Assembly: GCA_945902215.1 (NCBI GenBank)
Contig: CAMDML010000007.1
Span: 4,178 to 68,177, forward strand
Direction: 5' to 3'
Length of the DNA stretch: 64,000 nucleotides
Source: Klebsiella pneumoniae
Lineage (GTDB): Bacteria > Pseudomonadota > Gammaproteobacteria > Pseudomonadales > Pseudohongiellaceae
The notes under the pieces are model-generated. The model ran no database searches. It was not told the origin of the DNA and was given only the letters and a program-made list of their open reading frames with translations. The translations under genes and the position numbers were made by a program. This document shows, one piece after another, positions 27,201-35,407 of the stretch; position 1 is the stretch's first letter; every line of letters begins with the position of its first letter.

Positions 27201-27824
27201 GACCATAGAGATACGGGTCTCGTCGGCATCACCGTCGTCGGTTACACCATACTGCGTGTCGAATTCAAAGCCTTCGAAGTTATCGCGCAGGATAAAGTTG
27301 GTTACACCTGCCACAGCGTCAGCACCGTATACAGCGGATGCGCCGCCAGTGATGGTTTCAACGCGTTGGATCAGTGCAGAAGGGATGCCGTTGACGTCAG
27401 TAACCATCAGCGGGTTGATCGGGGTAGGACGCTTGCCGTTAACCAATACGAGGCTGCGGTTGGCGCCAAAGCCGCGCAGTGATATCGACGCGATACCGAC
27501 GGAGTTTACCGGCGTGATCTGTACGTCACCTTGGGTGGTTGTCGGCGATGCTGCCGGGTTATATTCGGGCAACTGGTTCAGATAGGATTCAACGTTCAGG
27601 CCTGTCTGGGTTTCAAAATCTGCGGCATTTACAGTAACGATTGGACTATTGGAGTCATAGTCACGACGAACGATACGCGAGCCTGTGATAACAATTTCTT
27701 CAAGTCCTTCTTCTTCCGCCGCATATGCGATCGGAGCAATGCTGCTCAAAACCATGGCGCTGAGCGCTGCCGAAACGGAAGCGGATAGCAGGGATGGCTT
27801 TAGCTGGGATGGATATTTGGACAT
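24279..27824 (-). CDS. TonB-dependent outer-membrane receptor, large (1181 aa), paralog of 20546-23974
   Basis: N-terminus nearly identical to receptor 1 (MSKYPSQLKPSLLSASVSAALSAMVLSSIAP...EEIVITGSRIV). Plug plus barrel, C-terminal ...YFVGIKASF. Confidence 0.9.
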   Translation of the reverse strand: MSKYPSQLKPSLLSASVSAALSAMVLSSIAPIAYAAEEEGLEEIVITGSRIVRRDYDSNSPIVTVNAADFETQTGLNVESYLNQLPEYNPAASPTTTQGDVQITPVNSVGIASISLRGFGANRSLVLVNGKRPTPINPLMVTDVNGIPSALIQRVETITGGASAVYGADAVAGVTNFILRDNFEGFEFDTQYGVTDDGDADETRISMVLGANVADGRGNVTLGLERYNRDAERQTENDFYMDFRNNPLTGGTFGLQGINSYGCNLNCPPNSTIEGLFAGRPAGTNVFTPLAVNANNRGYNFNSDGTIWVAGSQGGLSRYKGPRDNGEYLPQTTYDGSIPPGSTTFSNLKWYDQSAFSSAPQERYSFFTSGNFDVTDTVNVFGRATFAESKTRTTLFGTSAITGWETTVPYNPTLDSPVDPTLDYTSTAIVTAVRNNPAAFANPSFIATGKPGANFPVPPELAILLNARPTKAGPWQPNWNPDDSLPPRNTYNTNEVWQVEIGTNIDLPIRDWTAEIYGSHAESATYNVATGNLSLSRYRALSNLKDYGRNASGTGNLKYTLGDGTTINAPRPAFGVGDYKCTTGLYDTFFSGDKPMSKDCFEAINANLQTRTQNKQDIIEVNLQGSLMELPAGEVRAAAGFQNRRNSSKFYPDILQSQNSFTDQVIGVYPTGSLDAGTSVDDVYVEALVPVLSDIKFIQSLELELGARYSDYEHSDPETTWKALANWEINDRLRVRGGFNAATRAPNLGEMFLNQQEIFTVGGANFGDGCGLRSNAPFGAGGALPDPILNPGEPQTALAPSQTNAGALSALMICEELMGGQNSLAANQFYKVSNAGGAAGATFNWILQEGNTNLTSETAETWTLGAVATSPWDNPWLSGMTLSLDAYRIEIEDAIMLYSLDYAQNRCFGTPVTTRAEAQARAKTDGCMLLPRDQVNGVGLTSKVSYDNQATIKTQGFDIALNWFGELDELVGLPGRLGLSVNATVLDYYKTKQSPGAFDVETDWAGSLGPNLSGTNGGAYDFRLFGSVSYILDDVSLSLRWRHLPKVWSAGYNSQQAIKANNASVAAGAKGLLLGYTPTTEIETDAYDVLDFSFNWNISETYVLRGGITNLLDSEPEYVAPSAGYGASTTLNTVCSTAGGGTAPPGCQNPFGFSLPGVGSINGGYYDVLGRRYFVGIKASF

Positions 27825-27897
27825 TTGTGACCCCCTATTTATTTAGTAAAGTTGGCAGGAATAGCCTACGTTTGACGCAGATAGACCCCCAAAGTGA

Positions 27898-27926
27898 AGG
27901 CTAGCGATCTTGACCGGGTGAGTCAA
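27898..27926 (-). promoter_or_regulatory. Sigma-70-type promoter candidate for receptor 2
   Basis: Minus strand TTGACT (27926-27921) - 17 nt - TAGCCT (27903-27898). Confidence 0.5.
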
Positions 27927-28041
27927 TTGCAAAATGGGCATGTCCAGATGTAGTCAATGGTTGTTTGTTTCAGCACAAATTAGCTGAACACATTGTCAAT
28001 TGACCGACAAATGGGCGGTTTGGAGCTGGCCGGGGCTTACT

Positions 28042-28671
28042 TCAGTCAACCCTTTTAACCTGGATATACCCGGCTAACCTGGCGGCACTAAGGCGATAAG
28101 AACTGCCCCAACGGGTAGGGTAGATTCTCACCTCGTCACCCACTTTCAGTGGATAGGACTTGCTGTACATCTGCTGCCACTCTTGGCCGCTTTCCAGAGT
28201 AATCCGCAGCATCACAGGGCCATACTGTTCAAGGCTGGCGATGGTGTCGACCAGCTCGGACTTGCCGTCTGCGCCTTCCAGCACGCGGGCATTGTCTGAT
28301 TCGTCTGTCCTGCCGAAGCCGTCCAACTCCGACACTGGCGCCGCTTCTGTCGTCGCTTCCGGTTGAACGTCCGCAGCGTCCCTGTTGAAGATCCTGCCAA
28401 GGCCAAAGAACGAGCTTTCTTCCTCTTCGACCGCTTCAACCCGGGCGCTCTGTGAACCGTTATTCTGCGCGGCTGGGGCCGGAGCGCTGCTCCTCGAACG
28501 GGAAACAGTTCCCGCAGCAGTATCCCAGCTGTCATAACAGGCATAGCGCGCCAAGCGGTCCTGAATGGCGCGGCAGTCACTGATATCTGCCGCCTGAACC
28601 GTGCTACAGAGGCTAAGGGGGGTCAAAATAACCGACAGCAGCCCTGCAACTAAATGTTTGATTTTTATCAT
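28042..28671 (-). CDS. Secreted hypothetical protein
   Basis: Signal peptide MIKIKHLVAGLLSVILTPLSLCSTVQA, N-terminal motif DCRAIQDRLARYACYD, low-complexity acidic/Ser-Ala linker, C-terminal about 70-aa beta-rich domain (GQEWQQMYSKSYPLKVGDEVRIYPTRWGSSYRL). Confidence 0.7.
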   Translation of the reverse strand: MIKIKHLVAGLLSVILTPLSLCSTVQAADISDCRAIQDRLARYACYDSWDTAAGTVSRSRSSAPAPAAQNNGSQSARVEAVEEEESSFFGLGRIFNRDAADVQPEATTEAAPVSELDGFGRTDESDNARVLEGADGKSELVDTIASLEQYGPVMLRITLESGQEWQQMYSKSYPLKVGDEVRIYPTRWGSSYRLSAARLAGYIQVKRVD

Positions 28672-28807
28672 GAATATCTTCTATATCCAGTTATTTATTG
28701 GAAGGCGGGCAGAGGGGCCCGGTTGAGCGGTCAGAAAGGATAAACCAGCCCCCCCATCAATACAATGAAGGGCGCTTGGCCAGCTCAGGCCAATTCCGCC
28801 GATTTTT

Positions 28808-29464
28808 TTACTGCCCCGCGGCCAACACCGACCTGAAATTCCCCGCCATTTTTCCCGGATCATGCGGCAGTTTGAAGAAGCCGTGGAACTCGCCATTGGG
28901 GTTGATCAGGAGAATCTCGCCGCTGTGGCTGACGAGGTACTCTCCGTTTTCGGTGGGTTGGTAGCCGAAAGCAACGTTAAGTTGACGGCCGAGATTGAAG
29001 ATGTCGATGTACTGGCCAGTGACGCCAATATAGTCCGGGCTGAAGTACCCCATGTACGCGGCGAGCTTCTCTGCCGTGTCGCGCTGCGGGTCAACGCTGA
29101 TCATCGCCACCTGGATTTGCTCCGCCGCTTCTGTGTCCTGCAGCAAGCCTTCGAACTGGCGAATTGTCGCCAAGGTAATCGGACAAATGTCAGGGCAGAA
29201 GGTATAACCGAAGAACAGCAGCGACCACTTCCCCTTGAGTCTTGCTTCCGTGAACGGCACGCCGTTGTGATCAGTCAGCGCGAACGCTGCCACCTGACGC
29301 GGGATGTCATAAACGAACAGGCCATTCTCTGCGAGCTGCGCGTTGCTCAGTACGGCGGGCGCCAAGATGCGATTCACCAGCAAGCCCAGCAATATCGCCA
29401 TAAAGGCAGCGCAGGCGATCACGGTATTGGCGATGTTGCGCTTCATCGGTGTACTGCTTACCAC
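28808..29464 (-). CDS. SCO1/SenC copper chaperone for cytochrome oxidase
   Basis: CxxxC motif in FFGYTFCPDICP, conserved His region, N-terminal TM anchor. Start is either GTG 29464 (overlapping ctaA) or ATG 29446. Confidence 0.88.
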   Translation of the reverse strand: MVSSTPMKRNIANTVIACAAFMAILLGLLVNRILAPAVLSNAQLAENGLFVYDIPRQVAAFALTDHNGVPFTEARLKGKWSLLFFGYTFCPDICPITLATIRQFEGLLQDTEAAEQIQVAMISVDPQRDTAEKLAAYMGYFSPDYIGVTGQYIDIFNLGRQLNVAFGYQPTENGEYLVSHSGEILLINPNGEFHGFFKLPHDPGKMAGNFRSVLAAGQ

Positions 29465-30480
29465 GCGGAGCTTCGGAACAGGCGGTAGTTAAGTGTAACC
29501 AGGGATAACAAGAGCAATGCGCCACCCGCATTGTGCGCCACCGCAACCCACAACGGCAGCGACCAGATGATGTTACTCAGGCCGAGGCCAAGCTGGATGA
29601 CAAGCAGCGCGAGCATCAGGTGCGCATGCCCACGCATGGCGTGTCCGCCTGCGTATTTGTACATGCGCGAAATCAGATACCCGAGATACAGCGCCACGAC
29701 GATGGCGCCCATGCGATGCATGAAATGAATCGCGACGCGTCCTTCGCCTTCCATCTGGCCACCGAGATAGTTCGGGCCAATTTCCTGGAAGATGTTGAAC
29801 CCATGCGCAAAATCCATCGGGGGCAGCCAGCGACCCTGGCACGTTGGTAGTTCAGGACAGGCGAGCGCGGCGTAGTTGGAGCTGGTCCAGCCGCCGAGCG
29901 TGATCTGGCAGCAAACCAGAATCATTCCTGTCAAGGCGAGCGGCTTTAGTGCCTGCCAGTGCCGTAGCGGAATATTGGGATGCGCCCATGAGTGATTGTT
30001 CAGTCGCAGTGCCAGCAACCACAGCAGGCTTAGCGTCGTAAACCCCCCCAACAAATGCAGCGTCACTACTTGGGGCCACAGCTTCAGCGTTACTGTCCAC
30101 ATGCCGAACAGGCCTTGCGCGATCACCAAGGCCAGCAGAAACACCGGCAGTTTGAAGGGCTGCCCCCGGGAATCGCGATGGCGCCATGCCAGCACATTGA
30201 TGCCGATGATCAACAGGCCCAAGGCGCTGGCGAAGTAGCGATGGATGACTTCCGGCCAGGCCTTGTGTTGTTCAAAGGGAGCATCGGGGTATGCCGCTTC
30301 GGCTTGCGCGATCTGTTCGGGAGTTTCCGGCCACATCACGAGATGCCCGTAGCAGCCCGGCCAGTCGGGGCAGCCGAGCCCGGCATCGCGCAGACGCGTA
30401 AATGCGCCAAGGATAACAACGCACACGGCAAGTGCTACCGCAATCATCACCAGCGCATAGGAAGGTTTGGTACTTTTCAT
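29458..30480 (-). CDS. ctaA: Haem A synthase CtaA/COX15
   Basis: GAFTRLRDAGLGCPDWPGCYG N-terminal motif, eight TM segments, conserved His residues. Confidence 0.9.
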   Translation of the reverse strand: MKSTKPSYALVMIAVALAVCVVILGAFTRLRDAGLGCPDWPGCYGHLVMWPETPEQIAQAEAAYPDAPFEQHKAWPEVIHRYFASALGLLIIGINVLAWRHRDSRGQPFKLPVFLLALVIAQGLFGMWTVTLKLWPQVVTLHLLGGFTTLSLLWLLALRLNNHSWAHPNIPLRHWQALKPLALTGMILVCCQITLGGWTSSNYAALACPELPTCQGRWLPPMDFAHGFNIFQEIGPNYLGGQMEGEGRVAIHFMHRMGAIVVALYLGYLISRMYKYAGGHAMRGHAHLMLALLVIQLGLGLSNIIWSLPLWVAVAHNAGGALLLLSLVTLNYRLFRSSAW

Positions 30481-30527
30481 TTCATCTAAGCTCTTTTGGA
30501 AAGCCTCTTGTGCATAGGCCCTTGCTA

Positions 30528-31172
30528 TCAGCCGAGGCTGCTATGGTCCAGCAGCTTGTCGAGATCCGACAGGATGTCTTCGGGTGTATTCACTGGCGTG
30601 AAATACAACATCACATTGCCCACTGGATCCACCACATATATATAGTGCATTGAGATCGGGTCGGAACCCGGCGCAACGGCTCCCCGCAACAAGTCGCGGA
30701 GTGTAGCCTCGCCGGTATACACGACCTTCATGTCCGGTTGCTGCGCCGCCAGCAGTGCGGCGGTGGCCTCAGGCAAGGGGCCGGGGGCATCACTGACCTG
30801 CACATAGACCCGCTCAACGCGCTCGAACTCCTTGCTCAACCGCACGTGAAGCTGGCGCAGAAAATACAGCCGTTCTGCACACCTGTCATCACATTCCGGC
30901 GCGCCCAGATACAACAACTGCCAGGGCCGAGGTTCGTAGTCTGTGGGGCTGACACCCGCAACCAACTGTTCGAATGGCGCGTAGGCCGGTGTGCCGGCAC
31001 CGTTACGCAGATTCAGCGACGTGATATCCAGCACGGGGATGACCAGTACGCCCTTGTTGGTGGTGGCGCTAACGCCCTCAAGTTCGCGGGTGCCGAAATA
31101 CCAGGTGGCCAGACTGATCGGCAGCGCGGCAATCAGTAGCAGGAAGGTCAGCTTGAGTTTGTTCTTGTCCAT
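30528..31172 (-). CDS. Membrane-anchored hypothetical protein of the cox assembly cluster (CxxxC motif)
   Basis: N-terminal TM LTFLLLIAALPISLATWYF and a CDDRC motif in LLYLGAPECDDRCAERL, reminiscent of the SCO/thioredoxin fold. Lies between SURF1 and ctaA. Confidence 0.65.
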   Translation of the reverse strand: MDKNKLKLTFLLLIAALPISLATWYFGTRELEGVSATTNKGVLVIPVLDITSLNLRNGAGTPAYAPFEQLVAGVSPTDYEPRPWQLLYLGAPECDDRCAERLYFLRQLHVRLSKEFERVERVYVQVSDAPGPLPEATAALLAAQQPDMKVVYTGEATLRDLLRGAVAPGSDPISMHYIYVVDPVGNVMLYFTPVNTPEDILSDLDKLLDHSSLG

Positions 31173-31197
31173 GATCGACTCTCAAATCTCAATCGTG

Positions 31198-31941
31198 TCA
31201 GTTGGCGGATTCGGGGCGAGTACTGTAATAAAGGTAGAGGCCGAGCAGCATGGTTGCCATGGCGAACCACTGCACAGCATAGCCGCGGTGTTTTTGCGGT
31301 GTGGTGCTGATCAGCGGCCAGTCGCGCACCAAAACCCCGGGGGCGCCTTCAGCCAGTCGGACCGTATACGGAAACAATGCGGCTTCCGTATAGCTCGCTT
31401 CTTTTGCCATACGCATCAGGTCAAGGGTTTGTATCACTTGTGGCCAACCTTCGGTCGCAACAGCTTCACCCAGCACGAACGGATCGCCCACCGGGACATA
31501 GATGCTACCGCGCAACAAGACTTGGCCATCGAGAGCAGCGATGGCCGGTAGCAGAGCGCGCGACGGACCTTGGGCAATCCAGCCGCGGTTGATAAACACC
31601 TGCTGGTTGTCATCCGTCGTGACCGGGGTAATGACGTCATACCCGACCCGACCCTGATGAATGCGGTTGTCGAGCAGAAAGGTGTGGGCATTGTCGAAGG
31701 TGCCACGCAACTCAACTTGCCGATACTGCAGATCAGCGGCGGGGATCAGCGTGCCGAGCGCGGCGGGCGCCTCCATTTGGCGAGCCGCATACACATCTTG
31801 CAAGGCAAGCTTTTCCTGTTCACGGAGTAGCTGCCAAAAGCCGAGGAGAACCAGCAGCGGCAGCAGCACTGCTGTCAGCAGTGTGAGCTTCCAGTCGAAG
31901 CGAAATTGTTGGAGCCGTTCAAACATGGGTGTTGGCCGCAA
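31198..31941 (-). CDS. SURF1/Shy1 family cytochrome oxidase assembly protein
   Basis: LLGFWQLLREQEK N-terminal motif and C-terminal HRGYAVQWFAMA motif with a second TM. Confidence 0.88.
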   Translation of the reverse strand: MRPTPMFERLQQFRFDWKLTLLTAVLLPLLVLLGFWQLLREQEKLALQDVYAARQMEAPAALGTLIPAADLQYRQVELRGTFDNAHTFLLDNRIHQGRVGYDVITPVTTDDNQQVFINRGWIAQGPSRALLPAIAALDGQVLLRGSIYVPVGDPFVLGEAVATEGWPQVIQTLDLMRMAKEASYTEAALFPYTVRLAEGAPGVLVRDWPLISTTPQKHRGYAVQWFAMATMLLGLYLYYSTRPESAN

Positions 31942-31993
31942 GCCGTTTTGTTACCATGCGCGACAATTCTTCCGACAACCGCCGTCTGTCCGC

Positions 31994-32203
31994 ATGCTGA
32001 AAATCATTATTGCTGCTCTGCTCGCCGCTATCATCCTAAGCTTGGGGTGCAGCGCCGTGTTTTTCTTCAAGGATCAGGGCAAGAGCAAACGCACACTGTA
32101 CACGCTCGGCGTGCGCATCGCGTTGTCGATATTGCTGATCCTGCTCCTCGTGTATGGCGTATTAACGGGGCAATTGGCGCTGAACGCGCCGTGGCTCTCG
32201 TAA
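31994..32203 (+). CDS. Twin-transmembrane small protein (DUF2909-like)
   Basis: 69 aa, MLKIIIAALLAAIILSLGCSAVFFFKDQGKSKRTLYTLGVRIALSILLILLLVYGVL. Internal ATG of track ORF 31661-32203. Typical small gene inside cox clusters. Confidence 0.7.
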   Translation: MLKIIIAALLAAIILSLGCSAVFFFKDQGKSKRTLYTLGVRIALSILLILLLVYGVLTGQLALNAPWLS

Positions 32204-32207
32204 CGCG

Positions 32208-32240
32208 TCAGAAGACTCTTCAGAAGACTCTTCAGAAGAT
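32208..32240. repeat. 12-bp tandem repeat (2.75 units) seeded on the coxC stop codon
   Basis: Plus strand tcagaagactct / tcagaagactct / tcagaagat. Minus strand ATC TTC TGA AGA GTC TTC TGA AGA GTC TTC TGA, giving three in-frame TGA codons. Confidence 0.9.
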
Positions 32241-33161
32241 ATAGACGAACAGGAACAGGCAGACCCATACCACGTCCACGAAGTGCCAGTACCAGGATGC
32301 GGCTTCAAAGCCGAAATGATCTTCGGGCTTGAAGTGCCCTTTCATACTGCGGAACCACATCACCCCCAGCATGAACGCGCCGAGCGTCACGTGAAAGCCG
32401 TGGAAGCCGGTGAGCAGGAAGAAGGTAGAGCCGTAGATGCCGGAATTCAGCGTCAGCCCGAGCTCTTCATACGCGTGCATATACTCTTCGATCTGCAGGA
32501 ACAGGAACGCGATGCCGAGCAGTACCGTGATGCCAAGCCAAATATTAAGCTGTCTGCGCTGTTCGTTTTTCAGTGCTGTATGCGCAATGTGCACAGTTAC
32601 GCTTGAGCTGATCAGAATAATCGTGTTCCACAGCGGCAGGTAGCTCAGCATTCTGGCGAAGCCCGGCCACGCCATCGACTCTTCCGGATTTTCGAACAAC
32701 TCCGGATTCGGGTTTGATACCACCGGCCAAGCGGGCGAAAAATCGGGCCATAGCATGGCCGAAATGCCTTTATCGCCTTCGCCGCCGAGCCACGGCACGG
32801 AGAGGTTGCGCACGTAAAACAGTGCGCCGAAGAAAGCACAGAAAAACATCACTTCAGAAAAGATGAACCAATACATGCCAAACACATAAGAGCGTTTCAG
32901 CTGCGCGCTCGGCAGGCCCTGATGGTTCTCGCGTATCTGCGTAGCAAACCAGCTGTACAACACACAGGCCAGAGTGAAAAAGCCGAGGAAAGCCGTCCAG
33001 GTCGACACGGTCGTATCGACTTCAGCTTTGATGTCGTTCAGCATATTGCCGAGGCCGAAGACCATCAGGAACAGGCCGAACGAAGCCCAGATAGGAAACT
33101 TCGATTGTTCGGGCACGTAGTAATGTTCGTAGCCGTTCGTGGTGTCTTTTGCCTTAACCAT
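32232..33161 (-). CDS. coxC: Cytochrome c oxidase subunit III
   Basis: Seven-TM CoxIII pattern (...GFHGFHVTLG...HFGFEAASWYWHFVDVVW). Start trimmed to ATG 33161. A TTG at 33185 is an alternative. Confidence 0.93.
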   Translation of the reverse strand: MVKAKDTTNGYEHYYVPEQSKFPIWASFGLFLMVFGLGNMLNDIKAEVDTTVSTWTAFLGFFTLACVLYSWFATQIRENHQGLPSAQLKRSYVFGMYWFIFSEVMFFCAFFGALFYVRNLSVPWLGGEGDKGISAMLWPDFSPAWPVVSNPNPELFENPEESMAWPGFARMLSYLPLWNTIILISSSVTVHIAHTALKNEQRRQLNIWLGITVLLGIAFLFLQIEEYMHAYEELGLTLNSGIYGSTFFLLTGFHGFHVTLGAFMLGVMWFRSMKGHFKPEDHFGFEAASWYWHFVDVVWVCLFLFVYIF

Positions 33162-33181
33162 GGTTCTCAGCCTTTCGTTGT

Positions 33182-33772
33182 TCAATTCGCCGTCAATGCG
33201 GCGCCATCACTCACAAAATTTTCCGTTACATCAAACAGCGTGTAGGACAGCGTCAGTTTGTGAATGTCTGCCGGCAGCGCGGGATCGATGTAGAACAGCA
33301 CGGGCATCTCGATAGCCTCGCCGCCTTCGAGCGTCTGCTGGGTAAAACAAAAACACTCGGTCTTGCGCAGATAGTCTGCAGCCCGCAGCGGTGCAACGCT
33401 CGGGACAGCCTGGCCAACACTGCGAGCCGTGCCCGGATTGCGCGCGTAATAGTTGATTTCCGTCAGCTCCCCCGGATGCACTTCAATCTGGTGCTGCAAG
33501 GGATGGAAGTCCCAGCCCATGCCGCCGTTGTTGCTGGCGGTGAACTGCACGACAACGGTACGTTGCGCATCGATGCGCTGTGTTGCACTGTATTCAACAC
33601 GTCCGCCGGTTTTGCCATTGAGGCCGGTCCATTCGCAAAACACGTCATACATCGGCACCAGCGCGAAGCCAAAGCCGAACATGCCGACTACTGTCAGTAA
33701 CAGCTTCGCCACCAGCCTTTTGGCGCGCTTGGCTTGCTTCTGGTTGCTGTGTGCGTGCATATCGCTCATCAC
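33182..33772 (-). CDS. ctaG: Cytochrome c oxidase assembly protein CtaG/Cox11
   Basis: N-terminal TM plus conserved YDVFCEWTGLNG and CFCF motifs. Confidence 0.92.
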   Translation of the reverse strand: MMSDMHAHSNQKQAKRAKRLVAKLLLTVVGMFGFGFALVPMYDVFCEWTGLNGKTGGRVEYSATQRIDAQRTVVVQFTASNNGGMGWDFHPLQHQIEVHPGELTEINYYARNPGTARSVGQAVPSVAPLRAADYLRKTECFCFTQQTLEGGEAIEMPVLFYIDPALPADIHKLTLSYTLFDVTENFVSDGAALTAN

Positions 33773-33779
33773 AAGCCTT

Positions 33780-35351
33780 TTATTTAATTAGCGGCGGCGT
33801 GGTAAACGTGTGATACGGCGCCGGCGAGGATACCGTCCATTCCAGGCCTTCAGGGTTATCCCACACTTGCGCGGTAGCTTTCTTGCCACCCATCACCGTC
33901 TTCACGACGATGAACAAAAACAGCAGCTGGCTAAAGCCAAAGATGAACGCCCCGATGCTGGAGATCATGTTGAAATCAGTGAACTGTAGTGCGTAGTCGG
34001 GAATGCGCCGCGGCATGCCGGCGAGACCGAGGAAATGCTGCGGGAAGAACAGGATATTGATACCAACAAAAGACAGCCAGAAATGCAGTTTGCCCAATGT
34101 TTCGTCATACATATTGCCGGTCCACTTCGGCAGCCAGTAGTAGGTTGCGGCCATGATCGAGAACACGGCGCCGGGCACTAGCACGTAATGAAAGTGCGCA
34201 ACCACGAAGTAGGTGTCGTGGTACTGGAAGTCGGCCGGTGCGATCGCAAGCATCAGCCCGGTGAAGCCTCCCATCGTAAACAGCACAACAAAGGCGATCG
34301 AGAACAGCATCGGGGTTTCGAAACTGATCGAGCCCCTGAACATCGTTGTGACCCAGTTGAACACTTTCACCCCGGTGGGTACTGCAATCAGCATGGTCGC
34401 GTACATGAAGAACAGTTCGCCTGCCAGCGGCATGCCTGTGGTGAACATGTGGTGCGCCCATACGATGAATGAAAGGAAAGCGATGGAGGACGTTGCATAC
34501 ACCATGGAGTCATAACCGAAGAGTCTCTTTCTGGAGAAAGTCGGGATGATCTCGGAGACCACGCCGAACGCAGGCAGAATCATGATGTAAACCTCGGGAT
34601 GCCCGAAGAACCAGAACACGTGCTGGAACAGTACCGGGTCACCCCCGCCGGCCGCGCTGAAGAAGCTGGTGCCGAAGTGAATGTCAAACAACATCATCGT
34701 CACTACGCCAGCCAGCACCGGCATTACGGCAATCAATAAATAAGCGGTAATCAGCCATGTCCACACGAACAGCGGCATCTTCATTAGCGTCATGCCGGGG
34801 GCGCGCATATTGATGATGGTGGCAATAATATTGATTGAGCCCATGATCGACGAGGCGCCCATCATGTGCACCGCAAAAATGAAATAGGTTACGGAAGACG
34901 GCGCGTAGGTGGTGGATAGCGGTGCATAGAATGTCCAGCCGAAGTTGGGCGCGCCGGCATCAGAGAACAGCGTCGATGCCAGCATCGCAAACGCGAAGGG
35001 CAGGATCCAGAAACTCCAGTTGTTCATGCGCGGTAGCGCCATGTCGGGCGCGCCGATCATCAGCGGCACCATCCAGTTGGCGAGCCCCACGAACGCGGGC
35101 ATGACAGCACCGAACACCATCACGAGGCCGTGCATTGTGGTCATCTGGTTGAAGAAGCTCGGTTCGACAAACTGCAGGCCCGGCTGGAACAGCTCGGCGC
35201 GGATCACGAGCGCAAAGGTCCCGCCTAGCAGGAACATCGCAAAGCTGAACCACAGATACATCGAACCGATGTCCTTGTGATTGGTTGTATACAGCCAGCG
35301 TGTAAAGCCTTTCGCAGGGCCGTGGTGATGTTCATCGTGTGTGTGTGCCAT
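33780..35351 (-). CDS. coxA: Cytochrome c oxidase subunit I (aa3-type)
   Basis: 523 aa. WLYTTNHKDIG, GHPEVYILILP-like (GHPEVYIMILP) and HHMF motifs. Confidence 0.97.
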   Translation of the reverse strand: MAHTHDEHHHGPAKGFTRWLYTTNHKDIGSMYLWFSFAMFLLGGTFALVIRAELFQPGLQFVEPSFFNQMTTMHGLVMVFGAVMPAFVGLANWMVPLMIGAPDMALPRMNNWSFWILPFAFAMLASTLFSDAGAPNFGWTFYAPLSTTYAPSSVTYFIFAVHMMGASSIMGSINIIATIINMRAPGMTLMKMPLFVWTWLITAYLLIAVMPVLAGVVTMMLFDIHFGTSFFSAAGGGDPVLFQHVFWFFGHPEVYIMILPAFGVVSEIIPTFSRKRLFGYDSMVYATSSIAFLSFIVWAHHMFTTGMPLAGELFFMYATMLIAVPTGVKVFNWVTTMFRGSISFETPMLFSIAFVVLFTMGGFTGLMLAIAPADFQYHDTYFVVAHFHYVLVPGAVFSIMAATYYWLPKWTGNMYDETLGKLHFWLSFVGINILFFPQHFLGLAGMPRRIPDYALQFTDFNMISSIGAFIFGFSQLLFLFIVVKTVMGGKKATAQVWDNPEGLEWTVSSPAPYHTFTTPPLIK

Positions 35352-35407
35352 GGTGTTATAACCTCAACCTTTCATATCTTCGCTTGCTTTATTTTTTGCG
35401 CGCGCGC

